This document shows positions 42,251 through 55,400 of a stretch of DNA of 64,000 bases, piece by piece (within the stretch, counting starts at the first letter, position 1; every line of letters starts with the position of its first letter). The translations under genes were made by a program, and so were the position numbers. Source of the DNA: Macrostomum hystrix (Eukaryota > Animalia > Platyhelminthes); contig CATNEN010000038.1 of assembly GCA_950097015.1 (NCBI GenBank), forward strand, positions 19,406,001 through 19,470,000, written 5' to 3'. The notes beneath the pieces are model-generated. The model was not told where the DNA came from. It made no database searches and worked only from the letters and a program-made list of their open reading frames with translations.

Positions 42251-44857
42251 ATGAGTCGCTTACATAAAGCACGCAGCGTGCGTGAGCTGGCCATAGTCCG
42301 CCTAGATGCCCGGCCAATGCACAACAATGAATTTGATTTGTCAGCAGCCTCAGCCAATCAGAGCCGGCCAACTGGCGGTAGCAATACTCTGGCCATGGGC
42401 TTGCAGCAGCCGCAGCATCAGCAGCAAAGCATTCACACTGCGCAGGCTCAGCCGCCAACGAAGCCAATTATACTGCGCTCCGGAGATGGAAGCCTGCACA
42501 ATCGGTTTGCACTTTCTTAAATATTTTTATGGCTGTAATGAGTAGCAAAACAGGGTTCCCATGACGGGAGAGATGGAAGAGATAAGTTAAAGGAGAGATG
42601 AGGCAGAGGAGAGATGAAACAGAGGAGAGATGAAACAGAGGAGAGATGAGACAGGAGAGATGAAACAGAGGAGAGATGAAACAGAGGAGAGATGAAACAG
42701 AGGAGAGATAAAACAGAGGATAGATGAAACAGAGGATAGATGAAACAGAGGAGAGATGAAACAGAGAAGAGATGAGACAGGAGAGATGAAACAGAGGAGA
42801 GATGAAACAGAGGAGAGATGAAACAGAGGAGAGATGAGACAGGAGAGATGAGGCATGAAAGAGTAAGTCAATGTCTGACCTTGGCAGGTACAGCAGCGTG
42901 GATGTTCTACCTGGCAGTTTTTCTATTGCGCAGCAGCAGCAGCCGAAGCAGTCCGGCAAGACGCCGCCACCCAGGCCCAGCCAGCCGCCGAGAGTTGTGC
43001 AGAGCCGGCCGGCTGCTCAGCCGCAGCAGGTGGTGGCTCTCTACGACCTGCTGGAGCCGCCAGAGCCGGGCATCCTACCAATGCGCCGGGGCGATCGCAT
43101 TGAAGTGCTACGGAGAGAGGACAATAATTGGTACTTTGGCAGGCATGCGAATACCGGAGTCACCGGCCTTGTGCCCAGGTAAGATGCGCGCCTGCCCTAG
43201 AAGGTATTAAATGTAACAATTTATTTTTATCATTGCAATCAATCATCAGAGAATACGTTGGCGAAGCTTCCTCAGCGAGCCAGCAGCCTCCGTCGGCTCC
43301 GGTGTCCAATTTTCAGGCCGAAATAGACCGAGCCTGGGAACAGAGCGACAATGAGAATCGCCAATCAGATGGCCAGATTCACTATCGGCAGAAGCCGACA
43401 CAGAGGCCTGAAGTGAAGCAGCGAGCCTCTTTGACAGCCGCTGCGCAGCAGCAATTAGCTGAAGCTGGTGCGGCCGCTGCCGCCGCCGCTGCCGCTGCTA
43501 GCTCATCGTCAACGGTGTCAGCTCCAAAGCCCGCAGCTCAACAGCCCCCGAAGCCCAAGCCGAAGCCGATCGGCGGAGCGCCAACCGCCAGAGCGCTGCA
43601 CGCGTTCGAGTCCACGCATCCGGGCGATCTGAACTTCTCCGCCAATCAGGTTAGCCCGGGATTGGGGTGGGGGACAAATAGTCACGTGACTTCGCAGAAA
43701 AAATGCTTATCGCGTAAAGATATTTTTGCTCATAAATATTTTCAACCAATCGCCATAAAAATCCAGGGCACGGGCTCAATTTTTTGCTCTTTATGGTGAA
43801 ACCACCAGAATAACGAAACGTTGTCATCGTCAAGATATTTAACAATTCTTGTCGCCTGTCGGGGGTGTCTGTCTGATAAAAAAACCACCGATATAGGGAG
43901 AACTTTTCTGCTCACAGAATTTCATCATGTAACCATCTCGGCAATTTTTTGTATTATTGAACCACTTTGGATTCGCCAAAGAGGTTTATACAGGGCAATG
44001 TTAGTTTTACTTGTCACCAGGGTCTTCGACAGGAATCGCTGATTATCTCGACGATGGCTTTGAAAGTTAGTTCATCGTAAGCGGATAGCTTTGATATAAG
44101 TGTTGAACTTTCACGAAAATCGGTCATTAGGTTTGAGAGCTATCATGAAGTACGCAGTGGGTATTTGAAACAATAGCAAGCGGGCCGCATTCTATTCCAG
44201 ATCATCACTCACATTCGCGAGGTGAACGACGAATGGATGGAAGGCCGCCTGGCTAGCACCGACCGTGTCGGCCTCTTCCCATCCAGCTATGTCCAGCTGC
44301 TGCAACAGAAGCCGCCTCCGCCGCCTAAACCGAAACCGAAACCGAAACCTGCTACGAAACCCGCCCAAAGTCCTACTACTCAAAAGCCTACTCAAAGTCC
44401 TAGTAAATTTCTGTACACCGCTGAAGCGACGCACGATTTCCCGGCCCAGCAGGCCGGCGATTTAGCTTTGCGAGCCGGCGACAAAGTTGGAGTGACCGAG
44501 GAGCTGCCGGGCGGCGAGTGGCTTCGCGGTCGCCTGCTGGACCAACCCGAGGAGGGCATTTTTCCAATAACTTTTGTTAAAAAGCTCTCGCCAGAAATTC
44601 AGCAGCCTACTGGCAGTAGCCCAAATAGCCCGGCTAAGCGTCGCCAGTTGGGTTCAGTTTCTACCGGCGCTGGTCGCACTGCCAGGGCTGTGTACGATTT
44701 CGTTGGCCGCGCCGAAGACGAGCTTACTTTCAACGCTGGCGACATTGTGACCGCCGTCAGCGAGGTGAACGCCGAATGGCTAGCTGGCACAGTCAGAGGC
44801 CGCGCCGGCGGACCTGTTCGCGGCATTTTCCCCAAAGCTTTCGTACAGCTGCTCTAA
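42251..44857 (+). CDS. Multi-SH3 proline-rich adaptor (4 SH3 domains), SH3D19/Eve-1-like, ~533 aa
   Basis: Exons 42251-42504, 42888-43178, 43250-43649, 44201-44857 in phase. SH3 domains: ALYDL..WYFG..GLVPREYV; ALHAF..WMEG..GLFPSSYV; ATHDF..WLRG..GIFPITFV; AVYDF..WLAG..GIFPKAFV; PKPKP linkers. The start codon is uncertain. Confidence 0.87.
42565..42860. repeat. 16-bp purine-rich minisatellite (AGGAGAGATGAAACAG), SH3 gene intron 1
   Basis: Tandem repeat filling most of the intron. Confidence 0.9.
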
Positions 44858-46039
44858 GTAGGCTTTCATAAAAAGAAAGGCCCATGATTTCTTCATGATG
44901 ATTTTTATATTAGCGGCAAAATGCAACCGCTTATTTGGATGAAAGACTTAAAATTAACTGCAGTTCCACTGCAATTTAAAGATAAAAGCTAAATTCTAGA
45001 TCAAAATAGTATTCTAAGCTTTGTCTACGGCACAATGTGCTCTTGGGCGATACAGTAAGCACCAATTTTTAATGCGTATTGGACACCTGAGGCCTTAAAT
45101 ATTTATATATATATATATGGATATTCTCAGATGCTATTTTTTCAACTCTAAACTATTTTTTTGCTGCCAAAACATGACAATGACACTGAGTTGTATTTCC
45201 TTAATTTTGTTTTTGTTTTATTATCCCTGATATTTATAACCTTTAATCACCATTTCTTACATTGCCTGTAAATTAAAGAACATTCCATTACAACTAAACA
45301 CAAGCTATTCAGAAGCTACTATTAGTAATATGCTATTGTTCTAGGTGCTCATAATGATACCAAAGCAAGCCTGTAATAAAAAAGTAACTATTTTGAAAGC
45401 TAGAAACAAGACTTTTAGTGCCTATATTAGCACTTTTACACAAAATTGACACTAGAAATTGTTTGTCACATTCTTAATTAACTTTTTTAGAAAAAAACAA
45501 AAGGCTTATTTTTTTATAAAATTAAAGTGCACTGAAATGCATAGAGCAAATAAGTCACTGAAATTCAGAGCGAGCATATTTTATTATAATTTCCGTTTTA
45601 TTTAGCTAAAATCTCTTAGGAGTGGATAGCAAAATTTACTGAGGACGTTAGTTATGATTTTTTAAATCATGAAACTGTTAATGCACGAATTGCCATGGAG
45701 ACAAGAAAACTAAAAGAACAGAATAGAAAATAATAGGTATAGACAGACAACAGGCAAGCGCCATGTTTCATTCATAGGAGAGTGAATCGGGTAAAATTGC
45801 ATTTTTGTATGCATATCGAATTTTTTTAAAGTAAGTTAAAACGTGCGATGTATATGCTGAAGTAGCTACTGCTAGTAGTTAAATATAGTAATTTATAATT
45901 AAAAATATATAAGTGTATAATGAGTACTGAGAGGAAGACTAAAAGACAATCTTTGATTAAACAGGGAAGCAACAAAAGAATAAATAGCACAACTTTTGGT
46001 AGCATTCGTCTCTGTGGGTAAACATGAGATACATTTATT

Positions 46040-48024
46040 TACATTAGATACAGGTGGTTTGAGGTGGATGTACATTAGAAACATGTGGGTTGAGGTGGAT
46101 GTACATTAGTTACGGGTGGGTTGAGGTGGAGGTACATTAGTTCCGAGTGGGTTGAGGTGGATGTACATTATTTAGGCACGGGTGGGTTGAGGAGGATGTA
46201 CATTAGTTCCGAGTGGGTTGAGGTGGATGTACATTATTTAGGTACGGGTGGGTTGAGGAGGATGTACATTAGTTCCGAGTGGGTTGAGGTGGATGTACAT
46301 TATTTAGGTACGGGTGGGTTGAGGTGGATGTACATTATTTAGGTACAGGTGGGTTGAGGTGGATGTACATTATTTAGGTACAGGTGGGTTGAGGTGGATG
46401 TACATTAGTTACGGGTGGGTTGAGGTGGATGTACATTAGTTCCGAGTGGGTTGAGGTGGATGTACATTATTTAGGTACGGGTGGGTTGAGGTGGATGTAC
46501 ATTATTTAGGTACGGGTGGGTTGAGGTGGATGTACATTAGTTACGGGTGGGTTGAGGTGGATGTACATTAGTTACGGGTGGGTTGAGGTGGACGTACATT
46601 GTTATGGGTGGGTTGAGGTGGACGTACATTAGTTACGGGTGGGTTGAGGTGGACGTACATTGTTACGGGTGGGTTGAGGTGCATGTACATTAGATACAGG
46701 TGGGTTGAAGTGGATGTACATTAGTTACGGGTGGGTTGAGGTGGAGGTACATTAGTTCCGAGTGGGTTGAGGTGGATGTACATTATTTAGGCACGGGTGG
46801 GTTGAGGAGGATGTACATTAGTTCCGAGTGGGTTGAGGTGGATGTACATTATTTAGGTACGGGTGGGTTGAGGAGGATGTACATTAGTTCCGAGTGGGTT
46901 GAGGTGGATGTACATTATTTAGGTACGGGTGGGTTGAGGTGGATGTACATTATTTAGGTACAGGTGGGTTGAGGTGGATGTACATTATTTAGGTACAGGT
47001 GGGTTGAGGTGGATGTACATTAGTTACGGGTGGGTTGAGGTGGATGTACATTAGTTCCGAGTGGGTTGAGGTGGATGTACATTATTTAGGTACGGGTGGG
47101 TTGAGGTGGATGTACATTATTTAGGTACGGGTGGGTTGAGGTGGATGTACATTAGTTACGGGTGGGTTGAGGTGGTTGTACATTAGTTACGGGTGGGTTG
47201 AGGTGGACGTACATTGTTATGGGTGGGTTGAGGTGGACGTACATTAGTTACGGGTGGGTTGAGGTGGACGTACATTGTTACGGGTGGGTTGAGGTGCATG
47301 TACATTAGATACAGGTGGGTTGAAGTGGATGTACATTAGTTACGGGTGGGTTGAGGTGGAGGTACATTAGTTCCGAGTGGGTTGAGGTGGATGTACATTA
47401 TTTAGGCACGGGTGGGTTGAGGAGGATGTACATTAGTTCCGAGTGGGTTGAGGTGGATGTACATTATTTAGGTACGGGTGGGTTGAGGAGGATGTACATT
47501 AGTTCCGAGTGGGTTGAGGTGGATGTACATTATTTAGGTACGGGTGGGTTGAGGTGGATGTACATTATTTAGGTACAGGTGGGTTGAGGTGGATGTACAT
47601 TATTTAGGTACAGGTGGGTTGAGGTGGATGTACATTAGTTACGGGTGGGTTGAGGTGGATGTACATTAGTTCCGAGTGGGTTGAGGTGGATGTACATTAT
47701 TTAGGTACGGGTGGGTTGAGGTGGATGTACATTATTTAGGTACGGGTGGGTTGAGGTGGATGTACATTAGTTACGGGTGGGTTGAGGTGGATGTACATTA
47801 GTTACGGGTGGGTTGAGGTGGACGTACATTGTTATGGGTGGGTTGAGGTGGACGTACATTAGTTACGGGTGGGTTGAGGTGGACGTACATTGTTACGGGT
47901 GGGTTGAGGTGCATGTACATTAGATACAGGTGGGTTGAAGTGGATGTACATTAGTTACAGGTGGTTTGACGTGCATGTACATCAAGTTAAGGGTGGGTTG
48001 AGGTGGATGTGCATTAGGTACAGG
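46040..48024. repeat. 31/35-bp G-rich minisatellite (GGGTGGGTTGAGGTGGATGTACATTAGTTAC) with a 615-bp higher-order unit x3
   Basis: Identical ORFs at 46121, 46736 and 47351 give a period of 615. Confidence 0.95.
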
Positions 48025-48989
48025 TTATATTCGCAAACGGCGAGTTAAAAAAATTGCCATAAAAACAACAAAAAAGATGCAAATTTCAAGCAAAGCGCAC
48101 TTATTAAAAGAAGGCAGCGATAGCAATCAGAAAAATGTCTGAAATGTGCAAATAAATGAAAGATAATTCAACACAAATTTAGTCTGCGATTCGATTTCGC
48201 ATTTTATCATTCGGAAGAAGAAAACAACTAAATAGCAAGCAGTTTTGCTGTTATATCAAGGCAAATAGTATTCTATACTCAAATAAAACAGAATGCAATG
48301 CTGTTAACAAAGATGATAAGATAAAATTAGTAACAGGAATCAGAAGAGCAAATGAACATTGGCTTAAATAGATATCGTCTTGTGACGGCTTGTGTAGTTT
48401 TGAGTAAAAAAGCAACACAAACACTGTCGGACACAGCAAAAACAATCATTAAAACAAAACAGCGACAGGGGTAGACAAAATATGGAATCTAGTCATAATA
48501 TTATCATTTGATTTGAGCAAGCATAGCATTTTTGCTCTATATTCACAGCTAAGTGTGACGCAAAAAGTATAACAAATTTTATCTGAATAAAAAGCTATTA
48601 AATAGTAGTTTAATCTGTACTATTAACGAAGGTTAAAATTTAAAAGAAAGCGAACAATAATTTAGAAATAGAAGTACAAATATGCTGTGCATATTCAAAC
48701 ACAAGAGCCTGTTAAAAAAAGCTCTTTAAAATTCAGTACTAAAAACAAAAGAATTCGGAAACAAAAATAAAATTTTGTAGTGGATAATCGTCTATTTATG
48801 TCATGTTAAGAAAATTATCAAATAATAAATTTTAAACATGGAATCACGTTAGGACAAGCAGAAAAATGTAATATATTCATGCTGAGATATTTCATGTTTT
48901 GTTTTCGGACAATAATTCACTGAGGTGGTTTTAAAAGTCTTTTTTGGTAATTTGATGATGATTGGTCAGGCCAATGTACACTAGGTCGA

Positions 48990-49338
48990 AGGCGGGCGGT
49001 GATTGGTTTGGACAATTTACGATGGAGTCTAGGCGGGCGGTGATTGGCTTAGACAATTTACGATGGAGTCTAGGCAAGCGGTGATCGGTTTAGATAATTT
49101 ACGATGGAGTCTAGGCAAGCGGTGATCGGTTTAGATAATTTACGATGGAGTCTAGGCGGGCGGTGATTGGTTTAGACAATTTACGATGGAGTCTAGGCAA
49201 GCGGTGATCGGTTTAGATAATTTACGATGGAGTCTAGGCGGGCGGTGATTGGTTTAGACAATTTACGATGGAGTCTAGGCGGGCGGTGATTGGTTTAGAC
49301 AATTTACGATGGAGTCTAGGCGGGCGGTGATTGGTTTA
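48990..49338. repeat. 41-bp minisatellite (AGGCGGGCGGTGATTGGTTTAGACAATTTACGATGGAGTCT) just downstream of the p190 stop
   Basis: ~8.5 tandem copies. Confidence 0.92.
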
Positions 49339-49452
49339 TAGTAGAGGCAAGTTTTGATTGGATAGGCTAGTGAGTGTACACTGTAGTAGAGGTTAGTGCT
49401 GATTGGTCAGACGAGTGTGTACACCGGAGTACACCGTTCACACGGTTGGCAG

Positions 49453-52400
49453 CTAATCGAACATCTCCGGGTGGTCGATGATGGTCTCAACAACGCACTG
49501 TAGAGCATCCCGATTGGCCAACAGCACCATAGGATCTGAGAACGGCATGAGGGTGGGAGCCCAGCACAGTGCCAGATTTGCTGAAGTCATCTTGGTCACA
49601 GAGGCCGCTTTGGCCAGCCTGTTCAGGTGTTGAGCTAGGCGCCTCAGGCAGGCCTGTTGGTTTGAGTCTAGCTCAGCGCGCAGCAGGCCGCCAAGCTCAG
49701 CGGGACTCTGGCACAGAGGTATCAGTCGACTCAGCAATAATTCCGGTAGTACAGGCGGCGTTAGCTTGCCCACAATCTGTTTCAGAGCCGAGGTGACGGC
49801 GAACAGGCACGGCCCAACGGTGGCCAATTCGTTTGGGTGAGTCAGCAGCAGGACGACAGTGTCGGCGATTTCGTAGGCGTTGCCGCCGACTCGATAAACG
49901 CCCTCGCTGTTCAGCCCGCCGTTGGCTTCAATGTAGGCAGCGCAGGCGGTGATGCAGAATGGAACTCCGGACGAAGGCTCCACCTGCAGCCGAGACCAGC
50001 TCAGCGGGCCGATGGCTGGTGGAGCGGCGCCAGCGCGACGGCTCTGCTTATGGCGCAGTTGGCCTCGGCTGCCGGCCGCCTTCGACCTGATTGGACACGA
50101 TGGGAAATGCTTAATTGCGATTGGCTAGGTAGGTAGGGATTTCAGAGTTATAGAAGATATCTGAGTGTTTTGAGTAGGGATATAAATGGTTTGAGTTGGG
50201 ATCTGGACAATTTGAGTTGGGATCTGGACAATTTGAGTTGGGATATGGACAGTTTGAGTTGGGAAATTGACAATTTGAGTTGGGATCTGGACAATTTGAG
50301 TTGGGATCTGGACAGTTTGAGTTGGGATATGGACAGTTTGAGTTGGGATCTGGACAGTTTGAGTTGGGATATGGACAATTTGAGTTGGGATCTGGACAGT
50401 TTGAGTTGGGATATGGACAATTTGAGTTGGGATCTGGACAGTTTTAGTTGGGATCTGGACAGTTTGAGTTGGGATATGGACAGTTTGAGTTGGGATATGG
50501 ACAGTTTGAGTTGGGATCTGGACAGTTTGAGTTGGGATCTGGACAGTTTGAGTTGGGATCTTGACAGTTTGAGTTGGGATCTGGACAGTTTGAGTTGGGA
50601 TCTGGACAGTTTGAGTTGGGATCTGGACAGTTGGCCTCGCAGCGGAATCGAGCTCAGGGACCTTGGTGCGAGAAAACAAACGCGTTAGACCGCGCAGTCT
50701 ATTGGCCCCATAGTTTGTAGAACCAAGCGATAACCATATTTCAACCATGACTGGACCTGGCCTCCAGTTCATCGCCAGTGAATGCTTGATTGACAGAACC
50801 AGCAGCAGCAGCAGCAGCAGCCGCAGCAGCAGCGTTCGCGGCGGCTCTAGCGGAGCCAACCATCTGGTATGCTCCCAATGGCATGGCATTGCAGGCGTCA
50901 GTATATGTGGAATCAGGCAGAGGCACAGCCGCTGCAGATGGAGTCAACACTCCGCCTGGCCTGGCGACACTGTCCGGCGGTGAAGCGTACACCTCCGGCA
51001 TAGTGGCCACTGTCAGTTCAGTTCGCCGCAGTTGCAGTTGGCTATCTTCACCGTCGCCTAGCGGAGTGTAGTACTGCGGCTCTGGATCGTCAGAGCAGGG
51101 CAGATAATAGGAGCGAGCGGACATCGGCGAGGACTGCAGCATCGGCGGGTCAGCGATTGTTCGCTTCAACGAGTGCAGGCTCCTAGCGGCGTTGGCTACA
51201 AAATCTGACAATATCAGCGCGCCCTGCGGATCGTCGAGTTGAACGGCCTCCGTGGCGCCGCTGATGCCGAAGCCGACGTTGACCAAGAGGTATGGAGTGC
51301 GAGGACCGCTGGCTACTGCGGTGGCGAACTGCTTGGCGCAGTTGATCGACGCCCTGCGACTGGCGTTGAATACGATCAGCAGGCTAGTTGGAGGCTGATG
51401 CTGCGATGTGGCCAACTGCTGCTGCTGCTGCTGCTGCTGCTGGTGATGAAATCGGAGAATTCGCCAGGCCCGATGAAACGAAGCCAGTCGAAGTAGCATG
51501 CAGCTGTTGTCGGCGTGCCCGACGCCGGATCCGCCGGAGCCGTTGCTGATGGCCGCGGAGTTGGCAGCGGCCACTATTAGAGCGTCGTGGCCGGCCCGCT
51601 GCAGTTGATGCGCTGAACGACGCAGCGGCAAAGCTGCCAGGAGGCGCGAGACGCAGCCAGGCAGGTCTGGATCGCCGCAGACCAGTGCGATTAGCAGAGT
51701 CGAGGACGGAGCCGCCGAGGCTGCCGATGCGATGGACGCCGACGACGAGGACGATGACGCAGCCGCTGCCGCCGCCGCTGCGCCAGATAAAGAGGCGGCC
51801 GCTTCAACAGCCGCCGGCAGTAGGTGAGTTAGGCAATCCTCGGCTAGCTGTCTGAGATTGTCGCTGATGCCGCTGCCGCCGCCGCCGCCCCCGCGTCTGC
51901 CGCCAATGGGCGACGAGGAAGTCGACGAATTGGCTTCGTCGCTTGATGGCGATTGTCGGCGCTGATGCGACGGCGGCTGCGGCGGCAGTGACGTCGGCTG
52001 CGACTGCTGTTGGCACTCGAAGTGACGACCGCGAATAGAGGCAGCCAGCTGACGGCCTTGGCCGAGCAGTGCGGCGTCAGTGGATGAAGAGAGACAGCAG
52101 ACGGCTGAAATCACAAGAAATGCGAGATAATCTACTTTTGTCCACTAACAGCTTACGAGAATGGACACTAAACAACACGAGAGGCCGAGCTGGGGTGAAT
52201 GTAAATTGGGACAAGGGGTAGGGAGAGGCCGAGCTGGGGTGAATGTACATTGGGGCAAGGGGTAGGGAGAGGCCGGACTGGGGCGCGTGTACATTGGGGC
52301 AAGGGGTAGGGAGAGGCCGGACTGGGGCGCGTGTACATTGGGGCAAGGGGTAGGGAGAGGCCGGACTGGGGAGGGTGTACATTAGGGCAGGGTTAAGAGA

Positions 52401-55400
52401 GGCCAGGCTGGGGCGGGTGTACATTCGGGAAGGTTTGATAATATTATAATAAAGCCTTCTAAAACCGTTGCAAAGCCACTTGCCAAATCGAGAGTCAACA
52501 ACAGCACTGTCTGATTGCTGCGACTGCTGCTGCTGTGGGGGTGTCGGTGGCTGCTGCTGAGTGAGCTGATTGTGGGCTGGCGAGCCCGGACCGAGGCACT
52601 CGTAGGTGCTCTCCTCCTCGTAAGCCGTAGCCGCCTCCCTGAGCGCCGGCACCGTGTTCACAAACGCCCTGGCTTCGTCCAGACTGCCAGCAAACTCGCC
52701 GGAGTACAGCAGAATGCAGGTTGGCGCCGTGGCGCCACCGCCACCGGACTTGTCTTCGGGATTTGACGAGGCCGCGGCAGCAGCGGCGCGCAACTGCGCC
52801 AAAGTTGGCGTCTTGAGGTCGACTTGTAGAGGCGGGGCGCCTTCAACCAGTTGAAAATAGCCGGGCTGTTGGCGGAGGTGCCGGCAGGCGCGCTTGAACT
52901 GGCGGATGAGCTGCGGCTGGCCCAGCAGGAGCAGCTGCGGCACGGACACGTGACCGCGCCGGTGCTCAGTGATGGCCTCGGGGACTACAAAGTCGGCGCA
53001 CGGGCGCAGGTGACAACCGGACGGCTCATTGGGCAGGTCTAGCCAGGCGCGAGCCAGATCTTTCGCCTTTGGCGTCGCTGCTGTTCGAAGCAACTGCAGG
53101 AGGCCGGAGCAGCGAAGATCGCGCTTCATCAATTTGGCGGCTCGGCGAACATCTTCATCTGTTGGATTGGACTCCTGCATAGTAAGGAAACAGAATGGGT
53201 GTCGAATTGCTCACAATTGAAAAAAATACTTTTACTGCCACTGTAAGTAGCGTATATAGGCCAGCAAAACATATTTAATACAATTTGCCAAGTATCTTCC
53301 CTTTATTACTGTCACTATTAGTAGAGTAGGTGGGCCATGCAAATAAAAAAGAAAATTATTAACAAGGCCATAATTTTAATTTTCTACAAAATGTAAATGC
53401 ACCCAGGCATATTATCGTGATATTGATCAACGATATTGAGGACTTCTCGCTTCATTTTTTGTCTCTAAATGTTCTTATTTTTATATGCAACTTTCGATAA
53501 ATGTCTGAGAAAGTAATGAAATAAATTTTCGCAACATATCGGGAAAGCCGATTATAAAAAAAAAATAAATATTTGGCAATTTAATTTAAGTAAAAACTAT
53601 GTTGGTAAAAGCAGTTTTTGCAGTTTAAAATACAGCTTTTGATACATATTGGAAATGTTGCTAGAATTACATTTCGATACATAAATATTTTTAGCGGATA
53701 CATTACTAACAGTAGTATATAAAAATACTTACAAACACGGGAACCAGTTCCGGCCGTTCCAGTAGCCACTCTTGAACTTCGGCTAAAGCCAGTCGTCGAC
53801 CTTCGGCTTGCAAATCCGGCAGAGCGGCCAGCAACTCAGATAATCCGTGCTCAATAATGGCAGTCTGCAAGGTGGCCTGCGGCACCAGGCGGCCGAGGTC
53901 TTCCAGGCTGGCCGCCCCGGCCAGGCATGAAGGCGACTCACGCAGCGAGGCCAACAGCTGAGACTTGAGGATTTCCCGGCGCTGATGCTTGAGCACCCGA
54001 TCACGGTGCTCCTGCGATCCAATAGACAGGTTGAAATGGGACTTAATAAGTATAATTGGATCATTGGGATTAGAATGTAATGATTTTGATGGTTAGAATT
54101 GAATATAGAGATGGGTTGGGATTAGAATTGAATATAGAGATGGGGTTGGGATTAGAATTGAATATAGAGATGGGGTTGGGATTAGAATTGAAGATAGAGA
54201 TGGGGTTGGGATTACAATTGAGGATAGAGATGGGATTGGGATTACAATTGAGGATAGAGATGGGATTGGGATTACAATTGAGGATAGAGATGGGATTGGG
54301 ATTACAATTGAGGATAGAGATGGGATTGGGATTACAATTGAGGATAGAGATGGGATTGGGATTACAATTGAGGATAGAGATAGGATTGGGATTACAATTG
54401 AGGATAGAGATGGGGTTGGGATTAGAATTGAATATAGAGATGGGGTTGGGATTAGAATTGAAGATAGAGATGGGGTTGGGATTAGAATTGAAGATAGAGA
54501 TGGGTTGGGATTAGAATTGAAGATAGAGATGGGTTGGGATTAGAATTGAATATAGAGATGGGGTTGGGATTACAATTGAGGATAGAGATGGGTTGGGATT
54601 AGAATTGAATATAGAGATGGGGTTGGGATTACAATTGAGGATAGAGATGGGGTTGGGATTAGAATTGAAGATAGAGATGGGTTGGGATTAGAATTGAAGA
54701 TAGAGATGGGGTTGGGATTAGAATTGAAGATAGAGATGGGTTGGGATTAGAATTGAAGATAGAGATGGGTTGGGATTAGAATTGAATATAGAGATGGGGT
54801 TGGGATTACAATTGAGGATAGAGATGGGGTTGGGATTAGAATTGAAGATAGAGATGGGGTTGGGATTAGAATTTAATATAGAGATGTCGTTGGGATTAGA
54901 ATTGAAGATAGAGATGGGGTTGGGATTAGAATTGAACATAGAGATGGGGTTGGGATTAGAATTGAGGATGAATTTGGGATTGGGATTACAATTGAGGATA
55001 GAGATGGGGTTGGGATTAGAATTGAAGATAGAGATGGGGTTGGGATTAGAATTGAACATAGAGATGGGGTTGGGATTAGAATTGAGGATGAATTTGGGAT
55101 TGGGATTACAATTGAGGATAGAGATGGGGTTGGGATTAGAATTGAAGATAGAGATGGGGTTGGGATTAGAATTGAACATAGAGATGGGGTTGGGATTAGA
55201 ATTGAGGATGAATTTGGGATTGGGATTACAATTGAGGATAGAGATGTGGCTCCAATCAGAGTAGTGGTCACAAAGACTAACCGAAAACAGCTGACCAGTC
55301 TCAGTCTTGTTGATGAGGAAATTGTACGGAATTCTCGAATCCAACGAAGCCAAATAATCCCGATTCTCATGCCAGGCGTTTGTAACGCTGACAAAGTGCT

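Noticed and set aside
46040-48024. Telomere-like G-rich repeat
   Set aside because: It is not TTAGGG-based and lies between intact genes.
50747-53220. Several plus-strand ORFs over p190 exons 6-7
   Set aside because: They are antisense shadows of GC-rich coding sequence.
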